64,000 bases of DNA from positions 14,588 to 78,587 of the forward strand of contig CAKQMI010000001.1 in NCBI GenBank assembly GCA_934254835.1, in the 5' to 3' direction. This stretch comes from an uncultured Clostridia bacterium (lineage in GTDB: Bacteria; Bacillota; Clostridia; Christensenellales; CAG-917). The notes below the pieces were generated by a model. The model did no database searches and was not told where the DNA came from. It was given only the letters and a program-made list of their open reading frames with translations. A program made the position numbers and the translations under genes. How positions within the stretch are numbered: the first letter of the stretch is position 1; the number at the start of each line of letters is the position of its first letter. Shown one piece after another: positions 18,687 through 31,314 of this stretch.

Positions 18687-18715
18687 AACACCGATAAAAA
18701 AATCGGTGTTTTTTA
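18687..18715. terminator. Bidirectional terminator between GyrI-like gene and dnaN
   Basis: Stem AACACCGAT / ATCGGTGTT with an A6 loop, flanked by A-runs and T-runs. Confidence 0.75.
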
Positions 18716-18738
18716 TATATGTTTTGTTTCAGCCTTTT

Positions 18739-19848
18739 TTAGTTTATAATGCGCACGGGCAAAATAAGGTAAAGATATTCGTCCGCTTTCTTTTCAGTGG
18801 GGACGATGACGCCGGGCGCGGTGGACGTCGTAAAGCAAAGTTTGACAAAGTCGTCGCTTATCGCGCGGAGGCTGTCCGAAAGGTATCTTGCGTTAAATCC
18901 GATGTTAAGGTCGTGTCCCAAAAGGTCGATTGCGACGATTTCGTTGATCCCGCTGATTTCGCTCTCGGCGGAAATGGACATTTTCTTTTCGCGGATTTCA
19001 AGTTTTACGACGCTCTTCTTTTCGGTGCGGGTTGCAAGCGACGCACGGTCGATTGCGGTGTCAAACGCCTTTTTATCGACAAACACGGTCGTTGTGAAGT
19101 CGGTGGGAATAATCTTGTTGTAGTTGATATATTCGCCCTCGATAAGCCTTGTGACGATTTTGGTATTGCCGAGGTCAACCATAAAGTAGTTTTTCTCGAT
19201 ACTGACTTTTACGTTTTCGTCGCTGTCGTCAAGAAGTTTTGAAATTTCGCTCATACTTCTTGCGGGGACGATAATTTTTATATCCGCTCCGCCGTACTCG
19301 ATTTCCTTTTTGCAATAAGCAAGGCGATATCCGTCCGACGCGACGCCTATAATCTTATTGTCCGAAATTTCGATACTGCAACCTTTGAGGGTGGGGCGAT
19401 TGTCTTCGTTTGCCGTGCAGAAAATAATTTTTTCGATAAGGTTTTTTAGTTCCTTTTTTACGATATAAAAAGAATTTTCGTCGTTGACGTTTTTGAACAC
19501 GGGGTACTCGTCGGCTTCCATCGTCTGGATATAACCGCTGTTTTCGCCGTATGTAAGCTTAAGCGTTGTTTCGTTCGTCGTGTCGATAATGACGTCTTCC
19601 TTATCGATTTTTCGGACGTATTCGGTAAAGTACTTTCCGAGAATAACCGTTTCGCCGTCGATGAAGATATCGGCGTTGATTTTTTTCTCGATCGAAAGTT
19701 CCAAATCGGTTGCGGTGAGTGTCAACGTATTGTTTTCCGCCTTAAGTTTTATGCCGTTAAGAATGGGCATAACTTTCTTAAGAGGAAGCGCTTTCCCGAC
19801 CTGTGTTAATGCATCGGATAATTCAAGGCTGTCGCAAGAGAGTTTCAT
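18739..19848 (-). CDS. dnaN: DNA polymerase III beta sliding clamp
   Basis: 369 aa, three-domain clamp-like sequence immediately downstream of dnaA. Confidence 0.95.
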   Translation of the reverse strand: MKLSCDSLELSDALTQVGKALPLKKVMPILNGIKLKAENNTLTLTATDLELSIEKKINADIFIDGETVILGKYFTEYVRKIDKEDVIIDTTNETTLKLTYGENSGYIQTMEADEYPVFKNVNDENSFYIVKKELKNLIEKIIFCTANEDNRPTLKGCSIEISDNKIIGVASDGYRLAYCKKEIEYGGADIKIIVPARSMSEISKLLDDSDENVKVSIEKNYFMVDLGNTKIVTRLIEGEYINYNKIIPTDFTTTVFVDKKAFDTAIDRASLATRTEKKSVVKLEIREKKMSISAESEISGINEIVAIDLLGHDLNIGFNARYLSDSLRAISDDFVKLCFTTSTAPGVIVPTEKKADEYLYLILPVRIIN

Positions 19849-20040
19849 CGGTTTCTCCTTATATTTATATTGTTTTATATTTCTTTGATAATGATTTTGT
19901 TAATAAGGCTTGTGGAAAAGTTGAAGTTGAACGTTTCGCACAAAATATAGACAAAACCAAAATTTAAGAGACAATATAGTGTGGTTTTTAATGTTAATAA
20001 CTTTGTTTACAACTTTTTTTAATTATAAACATATCTACAA

Positions 20041-21408
20041 TCAGCGTTTATATAACATGTCTTTTATGTCGTTGATTTGTATTTTCAGTTTTTGAGCAGA
20101 CGCGTTATTGGACGAAAGGGCGTCGGTGATTTTATCGCGCGAGTGAATAATAGTCGCGTGGTCGCGCCCGCCGAAAATACTGCCGATTGACACGAGAGGC
20201 ACCGACAACATATCGCAAATAAGATAAATAGCGACCATTCTCGGCTCGACAAATTCCTTGTTTTTCTTTTTGCCGATGACGTCGTTTTCGGACACGCCGA
20301 AGTATTTGCACGTCGTTGAAAGAACGTCGTAGGCGTCGAAATGCTCCTTTTTAGTCTCGATATACCCGGAGAGCGCCTCTTTCGCAATGGCAAGCGACGC
20401 GGGTTGACCTGAAAGTTGAGTGTAAAACATAACTTTGTTCAAAAGCCCTTCGAGGTCGCGGATATTGTTTTCCATATTACTTGCGATAAAAGACGCGACT
20501 TCGTCCGACAAAAAGAAGTTTTCGGCGTCGGCTTTCTTTTTCAAAATCGCGATTCTCGTTTCGATGTCGGGCGGTTGAATGTCGGCAAGCAGTCCCCACT
20601 GGAAACGCGTCCTCAGCCTTTCTTCAAGCGGGGCGATTTCCTTTGGCGGACGGTCGGACGAGATGATGATGTGTTTGTCGTTTTGATAAAGGTCGTTGAA
20701 GGTGTGGAACAACGCTTCTTGCGTGCCTTGTTTTGAGGCGATAAACTGAATATCGTCAATCATCAAAACGTCGACAGAGCGGTATTTTTCACGGAAAGCA
20801 ACGCTGGTTTTGGAGTCTCTGATAGACTCGACATAGTCGGCGATATACTTGTCCGTCGTGATGTACATAATGCGTTTTTTAGGAAATTTTGCGTTGATAT
20901 AATTTCCTATCGCGTGCATAAGGTGAGTTTTTCCAAGCCCGACACCGCCGTAAATAAACAGGGGATTGAAGCGTCCGCCGGGGTGCTCGGACACGGCTTG
21001 CGCGGCGGCAAAAGCAATCTCGTTGGACTTCCCGACGACAAAGTTGGAAAAGGTATATTTTTTATTGAAAGAAAACCCGGTGTCGTCGGCTTTTTCAACC
21101 TTTTTCACGACAAGTTCGTCACCCAAAGTATAGTCTTGTTGTTTCAAGCAGTCGGCTTTTTCCGACTCGATAATAATCTTGACGTCGGAGATAATTGGGT
21201 TGACTTCTTTCACCGCTTCCAAGATGGTGTCGCGGTAATTTTTGACGATGGTGTTTTTGCTACTTTGACTGCCCGATTGCAGTACGAGAGTGTGACCGAT
21301 AAAACATATCGGTTCCAACTTTTCAATCCAGACCTCATAGCTTATCGCCTGCAGTCTTGCGGACAATTTAATTTTGGTGTCGTTCCAAAGGGTATTGATG
21401 TCGATCAT
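20041..21408 (-). CDS. dnaA: Chromosomal replication initiator DnaA
   Basis: 455 aa with Walker A GGVGLGKTHL, box VII, and the C-terminal DNA-binding motif GGRDHATIIHS. Confidence 0.97.
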   Translation of the reverse strand: MIDINTLWNDTKIKLSARLQAISYEVWIEKLEPICFIGHTLVLQSGSQSSKNTIVKNYRDTILEAVKEVNPIISDVKIIIESEKADCLKQQDYTLGDELVVKKVEKADDTGFSFNKKYTFSNFVVGKSNEIAFAAAQAVSEHPGGRFNPLFIYGGVGLGKTHLMHAIGNYINAKFPKKRIMYITTDKYIADYVESIRDSKTSVAFREKYRSVDVLMIDDIQFIASKQGTQEALFHTFNDLYQNDKHIIISSDRPPKEIAPLEERLRTRFQWGLLADIQPPDIETRIAILKKKADAENFFLSDEVASFIASNMENNIRDLEGLLNKVMFYTQLSGQPASLAIAKEALSGYIETKKEHFDAYDVLSTTCKYFGVSENDVIGKKKNKEFVEPRMVAIYLICDMLSVPLVSIGSIFGGRDHATIIHSRDKITDALSSNNASAQKLKIQINDIKDMLYKR

Positions 21409-21504
21409 AATAATTATATGATACCATTATTAATCAAAAAAAACAAACAAAATGATAGTATAATATAAAAATAAGAAAGATTTATTTATAAGAAAAAACC
21501 GCCG

Positions 21505-22608
21505 TTATTTCAGCGGTTTTTCAGTGATTGTGCCGTTCTTCACACAATAGAGTTTTGACAAATTCAGGGGTTTAACATCAAATTCCGTACATGTAATCAC
21601 CGTTTGCGTGCGGTTGGCAAGTTCGATGAGTTTTTCGCGACGAGCAACGTCCAGCTCGCTCAAAACGTCGTCCAAAAGTAAAATCGGGGCTTCGCCCGTT
21701 TCGTTTTTGAAAAGCGACAACTCGGCAATTTTTATTGAAAGCGACACGCTTCTTTGTTGTCCTTGCGACGCAAATTTTCTGGCATCCACGTCGTTCAAAA
21801 CGATTTTTATATCGTCGCGGTGAGGTCCTTGCGTGGTGTACATAAGGGCGCGGTCGCGCTCCACCGACGACGAAAATGCCGATAAAAGATTGTTGAATAT
21901 TTCGTCGTAAGTTTCGCCTTTTATCGAACATTCGTAGTTAAGCGACAGTGTTTCTTTGCCGTCGGAAAGCTCGAAGTGAGAGTCCTTTGCGAGGGTTGAA
22001 AGTTTTTTGACGTAGTTTTTTCTGGCAAGTATCAAATTCGCGCCGACTTCCGCCATTCCGGCGTCCCAAATGGAAAGCAAAGACGGCAGATTTTCGTTGC
22101 GGTTTTCGTTTTTCAAAAGGGTGTTGCGCTGTTGCAAAATCTTGTTGTATTTTGCAAGGGATTTGAAGTAAGTTTTCGATTGTTGCGACAATGAAATGTC
22201 CAAAAAACGCCGTCTTTCGTCGGGGCCCGCCTTGACAAATCGCATTTCGTCGGGCGAAAAATAAACGACGTTGACGATGCCGATAAGTTCCGACAGCCTT
22301 TTCACGGGCAAATTGTCGATTTTTATTTTTTTCGCGCCTTTGTTTTCGATGACGAGCTCGATGACGTGCGTGCGGTATTTTTTGGCGATTTCCGCCTTGA
22401 TATAAGCGCGCTCCATAGAAAAGGAAATAAGCTCCTTTTCACGGCTTGTACGGGGGGATTTTCCGAGTCCCAACAAATAAATCGCCTCAAGCATATTCGT
22501 TTTTCCGCTCGCGTTTTCGCCCGACAGCACGTTGATGCCTTGCCCGAACGTAACGGACGCCGACGAATAGTTTCTGAAATTTTTGAGTTGAAGCGACTTG
22601 ATAAACAT
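21505..22608 (-). CDS. recF: DNA replication and repair protein RecF
   Basis: The start MFIKSLQLKNFRNY is at 22608. It shows Walker A GENASGKTN, signature SQGQQRS and Walker B LLLDDV. Confidence 0.93.
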   Translation of the reverse strand: MFIKSLQLKNFRNYSSASVTFGQGINVLSGENASGKTNMLEAIYLLGLGKSPRTSREKELISFSMERAYIKAEIAKKYRTHVIELVIENKGAKKIKIDNLPVKRLSELIGIVNVVYFSPDEMRFVKAGPDERRRFLDISLSQQSKTYFKSLAKYNKILQQRNTLLKNENRNENLPSLLSIWDAGMAEVGANLILARKNYVKKLSTLAKDSHFELSDGKETLSLNYECSIKGETYDEIFNNLLSAFSSSVERDRALMYTTQGPHRDDIKIVLNDVDARKFASQGQQRSVSLSIKIAELSLFKNETGEAPILLLDDVLSELDVARREKLIELANRTQTVITCTEFDVKPLNLSKLYCVKNGTITEKPLK

Positions 22609-22897
22609 ACGATTATTATACCATAACAAAAAATAAAGTAAAAGGAATTGAGAAAATTTACCTCAAAACAAAAAATAAAACGAAAAACCCGCTGTGCAGG
22701 GCATACAAGCGCACAAAAAAATGACCGTACAAGTCCACGGAGATTAAAAAACCGCCGTCGTAGCCCCCAAAATCCCCCTGAAAAGGACAAATTATTAAAA
22801 ATTAGCAAAAAACGGTTTGCATATTATTGATAATATGTTATACTTAATGTACTTATTATTTTATGCGTGCGCACGCATAGCGTACGCGAGAGGGATT

Positions 22898-25052
<2,155 letters not shown>

Positions 25053-25064
25053 GGAGAGAAGAAT

Positions 25065-27725
25065 ATGATAATCAAAAATAACGATTCTCAAAAAGATAAA
25101 GATTTCGTCGAGCATCTCGGGATGTCGAAAATCGTCAAAATCGATATAGACCAAGAAATGAGAAGGTCGTTCATCGCCTACGCGATGGCGGTCAACGTAT
25201 CCCGTGCGATTCCCGACGTCAGGGACGGCTTAAAGCCCGTTCACCGTCGTATCCTTTACAGCATGGGCGAGCTTAACTTGACATGCGACAAGCCGTTCAG
25301 AAAGTGCGCGCTCATCGTCGGTGACGTTTTGGGCAAGTACCACCCCCACGACGACAGTTCGGTTTACGACGCTCTCGTAAGGCTTGCGCAGGACTTTTCC
25401 ATTCGTTGTCCGCTCATCGACGGTCACGGCAACTTCGGTTCGGTTGACGGCGATCCGGCGGCAGCGTATCGTTACACCGAGGCAAGGCTTTCCAAAATCG
25501 CCAACGAGATGATCCGCGACCTCGACAAACGCGTCGTGGACTTCTGCCCCAACTTCGACGACACTCGCGAACAGCCCGTCGTGCTTCCCTCGCGTTATCC
25601 CAACCTGCTTGTCAACGGTTCGGACGGTATTGCCGTCGGTATGGCGACGTCCATTCCCCCGCACAACCTCGGCGAGGTTATCGACGCCACGGTCGCGCTT
25701 ATGGACAATCCCGAGTTGGAGATCGAAGACCTTATGAAATTCGTCCCCGCGCCCGATTTCCCGACCGCAGGCATAGTTTTGGGACGCGCGTCGATACGTC
25801 AGGCTTACAAAACGGGACGCGGAGGTTGCATTATTCGCGCCCGCACCGAAATCGAGGAAATGCCCAACGGCAGGACGAGAATCGTCGTCACAGAACTTCC
25901 TTATCAGGTCAACAAAGCCCGTCTTATCGAAAATATCGCAGACCAGGTCAAAGATAAACGTATCGAGGGAATTTCGGACATCAAGGATGAGTCCGACCGC
26001 CACGGCTTACGCGTCGTCATCGACATCAAAAAGGACGCAAACGCACAAGTCGTTCTGAACACGCTTTTCAAACAAACCCAAATGCAAATCGGGTTCAGTA
26101 TGATCATGCTTGTTTTGGCGGACAAGAAACCGCGTATTCTCAACCTCAAAGAGATTTTGACCTACTATATCAAGCACCAGGAAGACGTCATTATCCGCCG
26201 TACCAGGTTCGACCTCGAAAAGGCGGAAGAACGCGAACATATCTTGAAAGGCTTGGCAATCGCGCTTGCCAATATCGACGAGGTCATCAAAATCATCAAA
26301 GAAAGCGCGGACAACGAGTCGGCGTCCAACGCCCTTATGGAAAGGTTCGAGCTGAGCGACAAACAAGCCTCCGCAATCCTTGAAATGAGACTTCGCAGAC
26401 TCACCTCTTTGGAAGTCGAAAAGATTAACGAGGAACTTGCGCAAAAAGAAGTCGAAATCGCCAACTACAAAGAAATCCTTGCCGATATCAACAAGGTCAA
26501 CGATATCGTCAAAAAGGAACTTTTGGAAGTCAAAGAAACCTACAATAACCCGCGTCGTAGCGAGGTGTCCTATGACTATTCCGAAATCAATATCGAAGAC
26601 CTTATCGAAAGGGAAGATATCGTCGTTTCGATGACGCACGGCGGATACGTCAAACGTCAGCCCGTCGCCGAATACAAGAGCCAGCACCGTGGCGGAGTGG
26701 GTATCACCGCTCACAAGACCAAGGACGAAGACTTTGTGGAAAGTATCTTCACCACGTCCACTCACGACGACCTTATGTTCTTCACCAACTTCGGCAAGGT
26801 TTACGTCATAAAGGGATACGAAATTCCCGAGGCGTCCAGAAATTCGAGAGGGCGCGCGGTCATCAATATTTTGCAACTCGATCCCGGCGAAAAGGTCGCG
26901 ACGCTCCTGCCTGTGCCCGAACGCGGAGAAGGCTATCTTATGCTCGCAACAAAACAAGGGCTTATCAAGAAAACGGCATTATCCGAGTTTGACAGCATCA
27001 GAAAGACCGGTAAAAAGGCGATTCGGTTGGTTGACGGCGACGAACTTATCTCGGCAATGGTCACCACCGGCAACGAGGAACTCATCATCGCATCGCACGA
27101 AGGCAAGTGTATCCGCTTCCGCGAGGCAGACGTCCGCGCAATGGGACGCGACTGTCAGGGCGTCCGCAGTATGAAACTGAACGAGGGCGATTACGCCGTC
27201 GATATGGCGCTTGTCGAAGAGGGCAAAGAAGTCTTGACAATTTCCGAAAACGGCTTTGGAAAACGCTCGTCGCCCGATGAATATCGCGTGCAAGGTCGCG
27301 CAGGTATGGGCGTCAAAGCGGGCGTGTTCAATGAGGAAACCGGCAAGCTCGTCTGCCTCAAAATGATCGACGCCGACAACGATATTATGATTATCGCCGA
27401 CAACGGTATCATTATCCGCGTATCCGCCGAAGAAATTCGCAAAATCGGCAGAGATACCAAGGGCGTCAAGGTCATGAACCTCAGGGAAGGTAGCAAGATT
27501 ATGTCGATTGCCGTCGTCCCGCACGAGGAGCCCGAAGAGGTCGAACTCGACGAAAACGGCAACCCCGTCGTCAAGGACGAGGCAACCGCCGAAGCAAACG
27601 AAGCGACAGCGGACACCGCCGACAACTCCACCGAATTCCCCGCCGACAATTTGGCGGAAGAAGAAAGGGCAGAAGTCGAGCAAGCGTCCGAATCCACCGA
27701 CGAAGCCGTCGCAGACGAAGAATAA
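25065..27725 (+). CDS. gyrA: DNA gyrase subunit A
   Basis: 886 aa with the [10 protein letters not shown] catalytic Tyr region, a QRDR reading [12 protein letters not shown], and an acidic C-terminal tail. Confidence 0.97.
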   Translation: MIIKNNDSQKDKDFVEHLGMSKIVKIDIDQEMRRSFIAYAMAVNVSRAIPDVRDGLKPVHRRILYSMGELNLTCDKPFRKCALIVGDVLGKYHPHDDSSVYDALVRLAQDFSIRCPLIDGHGNFGSVDGDPAAAYRYTEARLSKIANEMIRDLDKRVVDFCPNFDDTREQPVVLPSRYPNLLVNGSDGIAVGMATSIPPHNLGEVIDATVALMDNPELEIEDLMKFVPAPDFPTAGIVLGRASIRQAYKTGRGGCIIRARTEIEEMPNGRTRIVVTELPYQVNKARLIENIADQVKDKRIEGISDIKDESDRHGLRVVIDIKKDANAQVVLNTLFKQTQMQIGFSMIMLVLADKKPRILNLKEILTYYIKHQEDVIIRRTRFDLEKAEEREHILKGLAIALANIDEVIKIIKESADNESASNALMERFELSDKQASAILEMRLRRLTSLEVEKINEELAQKEVEIANYKEILADINKVNDIVKKELLEVKETYNNPRRSEVSYDYSEINIEDLIEREDIVVSMTHGGYVKRQPVAEYKSQHRGGVGITAHKTKDEDFVESIFTTSTHDDLMFFTNFGKVYVIKGYEIPEASRNSRGRAVINILQLDPGEKVATLLPVPERGEGYLMLATKQGLIKKTALSEFDSIRKTGKKAIRLVDGDELISAMVTTGNEELIIASHEGKCIRFREADVRAMGRDCQGVRSMKLNEGDYAVDMALVEEGKEVLTISENGFGKRSSPDEYRVQGRAGMGVKAGVFNEETGKLVCLKMIDADNDIMIIADNGIIIRVSAEEIRKIGRDTKGVKVMNLREGSKIMSIAVVPHEEPEEVELDENGNPVVKDEATAEANEATADTADNSTEFPADNLAEEERAEVEQASESTDEAVADEE

Positions 27726-27769
27726 TTCATAGCACAACAAAGAAAAGCACCGCAATGGCGGTGCTTTAT

Positions 27770-28135
27770 GCTTGCGCAGGATTGTGCCTACGGCACGATA
27801 GTTGCCTGTCGGCACGAAGCGGTGCCTTCCCAGGGGATTGTCACGTCACTTCGTTCCTCACAATGACAACTCTGTTTGTCATTCTATGGCATTGCGAGAG
27901 GATTCTCTCTTCTGTCTTTCTGTTGCGTTGCGAGAGTATTCTCTTTTCTGTCATTCTGAGGCATCGCCATAGGAGATGCCGTGAGAATCTCCCGGAAGGG
28001 ACACCTTGTGAAAAGAGGAGTCTCTGTACGATGTGTGCCTGTCGGCACGAAGCGGTGCCTTCCCAGGGGATTCCCGCGCTTCGCTCGGAATGACAAAACT
28101 GCATTGCCATTGTGAGAGAAAGGGGTACATTCGTC
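27770..28135. repeat. Intergenic repeat cluster B
   Basis: Several copies and arms of the GTCATTCTGAGG...GTGAGAATCTC family in both orientations (for example 27949-28005 forward, 28037-28094 reverse). Confidence 0.85.
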
Positions 28136-28341
28136 CATCGTTGGTTTTTCTATGGCAAAGCCCATTGTAAATTTTAAGTACTTTTTATGAAAATTTTATA
28201 ATTGTTTTTAGGATTGTGCGCAATAATGAAGTCACAAGAGCAGAGTAAAACCGAAGCATTAAGCCATAATTCCTTAATCTAAAACAATATCCTTACAAGG
28301 CAAAACCACCGTTTTCGCGGTGGTTTTGTCATTATTTGGTA

Positions 28342-28563
28342 TCAAAAATCTTTTCTGCCGACAATATAGTCAATCGACACGTCGAAAAAGTCGGCAAGTT
28401 TCCAAAGACTTTCGACGCTCGGTTCTTTCTTTCCGTTCAGCCAGTTGCAAATGGTGCTTTGGCTGACGTTAATGCTTTTTGCGAGCGCGTATTGCGAAAG
28501 CCTTTCGGTCATCATCAAATCTTTAATTCTTTCAACAATCAATATTTCCATATCCATTGACAT
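28342..28563 (-). CDS. XRE-family HTH transcriptional regulator
   Basis: 73 aa with the HTH LSQYALAKSINVSQSTICNWLNG. The C-terminus ADFFDVSIDYIVGRK is shared with the neighbouring paralog. Confidence 0.85.
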   Translation of the reverse strand: MSMDMEILIVERIKDLMMTERLSQYALAKSINVSQSTICNWLNGKKEPSVESLWKLADFFDVSIDYIVGRKDF

Positions 28564-28650
28564 TATATGCCTATGGAAATATACTTATGTGGAATACTTG
28601 TCCTTGGGCAAGTATCAAAAAGGAAGAAATCGAGTTGAAAAAAGAGAAAA

Positions 28651-28860
28651 CTACAGGTTCTTTCTTCCGATAATGTAGTCGATTGATACGTCGAAGAAAT
28701 CCGCAATCTTATAAAGCGTTGAGATTCTTGGTGATTTTTTGCCCGACAACCATGAGCAGACCGTACTTTGTTTTACGGAAATCGCTTTTGACAATTCAAC
28801 TTGATTTATGTTTTTCGCATTCATAAGAGAACGCAGTCTTTTTGGAAAAAGATTGTTCAT
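28651..28860 (-). CDS. XRE-family HTH transcriptional regulator (paralog)
   Basis: 69 aa from ATG 28860 (RBS AAGGAG 8 nt upstream), beginning MNNLFPKRLRSLM, with QVELSKAISVKQSTVCSWLSG. The ORF-track start at 28986 is too far upstream. Confidence 0.85.
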   Translation of the reverse strand: MNNLFPKRLRSLMNAKNINQVELSKAISVKQSTVCSWLSGKKSPRISTLYKIADFFDVSIDYIIGRKNL

Positions 28861-28951
28861 ATAGGCAGGCTCCTTATTGTTTAAGGAAAGAATAGCAGAA
28901 AAACAAGAGGGGGAAATAAAATAGCCCCTTGGGGATATTTTGTGAGGTGGT

Positions 28952-29407
28952 ATGGTTATTTCGTTTTTCGGACATGGCAGATACACTTACGGGGAAAAAG
29001 AAAAGGAAAAGTTATACTCGGTTGTCAAAGGGATTGCGGAGGGGCAAGTTGTGTTTTATATCGGCGGATACGGCAACTTTGACCGCATTGCGTATGATTG
29101 CGCGGTACGATACAAAAAAGAAGTCGACGGCACGGCAAAGATTGTCTTTGTTACACCGTATATCGACGAAATTTATCTGAAAAACAAAACCGAATTTTGG
29201 GACTTTGACGAGGTTTTATATCCTCCTCTGGAAACCGCGCCGAAAAAACTTGCCATACTTTTGCGCAACGAATATATTGTGGAAAAATCGGATTATATCG
29301 TGTTTTACGTTGACCATAATTTCGGCGGAGCGACGCAGGCATTAGAGTTTGCCAAAAGAAAGAACAAGCGCATATTTAATATTTCAGCAGACAAAAACGA
29401 CGGTTAA
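28952..29407 (+). CDS. SLOG-superfamily protein (DUF1273/YpsA-like)
   Basis: 151 aa, divergent from the XRE gene, RBS GAGGTGG. It shows the pattern ISFFGHG..GGYGNFD..VTPY..RNEYIVEKSDYIVFY. Assignment is by recall. Confidence 0.55.
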   Translation: MVISFFGHGRYTYGEKEKEKLYSVVKGIAEGQVVFYIGGYGNFDRIAYDCAVRYKKEVDGTAKIVFVTPYIDEIYLKNKTEFWDFDEVLYPPLETAPKKLAILLRNEYIVEKSDYIVFYVDHNFGGATQALEFAKRKNKRIFNISADKNDG

Positions 29408-29409
29408 AC

Positions 29410-29890
29410 CTCCGATTTTGCCAACTTGCGATTTGTCGGCTTTTGACATTCCGAGGCATTTATGCGGTGCCTTCCCAGGGGATTGTCACGTCACCCGTCG
29501 CACACTTCACTTTTGAAATCACGTTAACGCAAGCGATAACGCTCGCTCTTTTGCTCGTGTGCGCCTTTTTCTCCACGCAAGTACAAAAGAATCTTGCGTG
29601 GGTTTTAACAAGGTGTCCCTTCCGGGAGATTGCCACGCTACGCTCGCAATGACATAAAGTGAGTTGCACCGAATAGCAAAAGAGAGCACGAAAATCTGCT
29701 ATTTTTTAACAAGCAAACCGTTTTCCCCTTCTGCACGAAGTACTTAATGTCTTTCCAAGCGAAGAGTGGCGTTCATCTCTCTTCTGTCATTCTATTGCGT
29801 TGCGTGAGGATTCTCTCTTCTGTCATTCTGAGGCATCGCCACAGGCGATGCCGTGAGAATCTCGTGGGAACGAACCTTATGAAATGATGA
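29410..29890. repeat. Intergenic repeat cluster C
   Basis: Contains a ~95-nt module homologous to the reverse complement of 38518-38612 and GTCATTCTGAGG-family copies (29821-29873 forward, 29590-29655 reverse). Confidence 0.85.
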
Positions 29891-30042
29891 GCCTTTCGGC
29901 ACGTTGCGGTGTCGCGAGGAAGGGCGAGAGGACGGCACGACTTTACAAAACAAATGAAAAAATTACTTTTGTTTGCAAAAAATATTGAAATAAACCTTTA
30001 TATTATGCTATAATTACTATATCTTGAAATTTGGAGGAAATT

Positions 30043-31314
30043 ATGGCAGATTTTGACTTCAAAGTCGCATCCGAAAGTATGATGGACTTTATCAAAAAAG
30101 TCGAGACAGAAATCGGTCCGCGTCTTCCCGGCTCCGACGAGGAACGCGCCGGCGCAAAACTCATCAAAGAAGAGTATGAAAAAAACATTGGTATTAAGCC
30201 CGTGTCCGAACCGTTCAAGGTTGCCCCCGAAAGCGGAATCGGCTCGATTCCTTATATCGGTATCGGCGGACTTATCGCACTCATCGGCTTTTTCATTTAT
30301 CCGATAGTAGGCGCGGTTATCGCGGTGCTTTGCTTCCTGTACTTTGCGGTTATGGGCGGATTTTACACCCAGATTTTCGACTTCCTGTGGAAAAAGAAAG
30401 ACACCGAAAACTTCTATACCGTGCAAGAGCCGTTGTCGGGCAAGGTTGACTACACAATCGTATTGTCGGCGCACTACGACAGCAGTTGGAACTGGAATCT
30501 TGCAAAGAAAAACCCCAAAACCTTCATTCCGAAAATCGTATACGGCGTCGTGGGACTCCTTTCGATTTTGGTGTTCGGTTTCGTGTTGCAATTCGCGGAT
30601 AAAGGGGCGTACGCTCAGCCCTTGTGGACAAACGCCGCTTCAATCACTACTTGGAAATGGTACGTCTATCTCGGCTATATCCTGCCCATCGTCTGCATAC
30701 CGGGGCTTTACTATATCACGCAATTCTTGTCGCACGACAAAACCATCGCGTCCCCCGGCTGTATGGACAACCTCACGGGCATCGGCTTGAACCAAGAAAT
30801 CGCAAAACACTTCAACCGTCACCCCGAAGATTTGCCCGAAAACTGCCGTCTTATCTGCGCCGCTATGGCGTGTGAGGAGTCCGGACTTCGTGGCGCACGC
30901 GCTTTCGTCAAACTCCACAAGGACGACGGTATGCTCAAAAATTGCTATCAAATCAACGTCGACAGTATCTCGGACGAGGACTACTTCGAGGTCATTCAAG
31001 GCGACGCAATTCAAATGTGCAAATTCGATATGGAACTGGGCGATATGCTTTACGAATCCTTGCAGGAACTCGGTCTTGTCAAAAAGACAGGCAGAATTTG
31101 GAACCCCGTCGGCGGTTGCGACAGCACCCCGTTCTGCCGTGCAGGCGTGAAAACAATCACCTTCGCCGCGCAAAACCCCATCGCCACCGACTACTACCAC
31201 ACTTCCAACGATAAGTCGGATCGCTTAAAGACCAGCGTGTTCGAGGGAGGCATCGAGGCGGTGTATAGGACTATTAAGAAAATCGGCGCAAAAGAAGACG
31301 CGAAACGTCAATAA
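30043..31314 (+). CDS. M28-family peptidase-like membrane protein
   Basis: ATG at 30043 follows GGAGG. It has internal TM helices, SAHYDS and CEESGLRGA motifs, and a paralog at 43448..44761. Confidence 0.65.
   Translation: MADFDFKVASESMMDFIKKVETEIGPRLPGSDEERAGAKLIKEEYEKNIGIKPVSEPFKVAPESGIGSIPYIGIGGLIALIGFFIYPIVGAVIAVLCFLYFAVMGGFYTQIFDFLWKKKDTENFYTVQEPLSGKVDYTIVLSAHYDSSWNWNLAKKNPKTFIPKIVYGVVGLLSILVFGFVLQFADKGAYAQPLWTNAASITTWKWYVYLGYILPIVCIPGLYYITQFLSHDKTIASPGCMDNLTGIGLNQEIAKHFNRHPEDLPENCRLICAAMACEESGLRGARAFVKLHKDDGMLKNCYQINVDSISDEDYFEVIQGDAIQMCKFDMELGDMLYESLQELGLVKKTGRIWNPVGGCDSTPFCRAGVKTITFAAQNPIATDYYHTSNDKSDRLKTSVFEGGIEAVYRTIKKIGAKEDAKRQ

Noticed and set aside
19849-20040. dnaA-dnaN spacer as the main oriC (as for incC of B. 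subtilis)
   Set aside because: It is AT-rich, but the best DnaA boxes are TGTGGAAAA (1 mismatch) and weaker ones, and no composition switch is visible. It is kept only as an alternative, or as the second part of a bipartite origin.
27841-28165. ORFs of 60-130 aa inside repeat clusters (27841..28110, 27884..28165, 29443..29669, 31380..31652, 31815..32100, 38303..38901, 50919..51143)
   Set aside because: Their sequences are the palindromic repeats read in arbitrary frames. The same peptides recur on both strands and at all clusters, and none has an RBS.
27726-28340. Expected rRNA/tRNA genes downstream of gyrA
   Set aside because: No 16S/23S-like sequence or tRNA T-loop (GGTTCGAATCC-type) motif was seen here or anywhere in the window. 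The interval is filled by palindromic repeats.
28342-29407. Prophage remnant around the XRE genes
   Set aside because: No integrase, recombinase, structural or lysis genes are present, and no att-like direct repeats were identified. Only the three-gene module lies between the repeat clusters.
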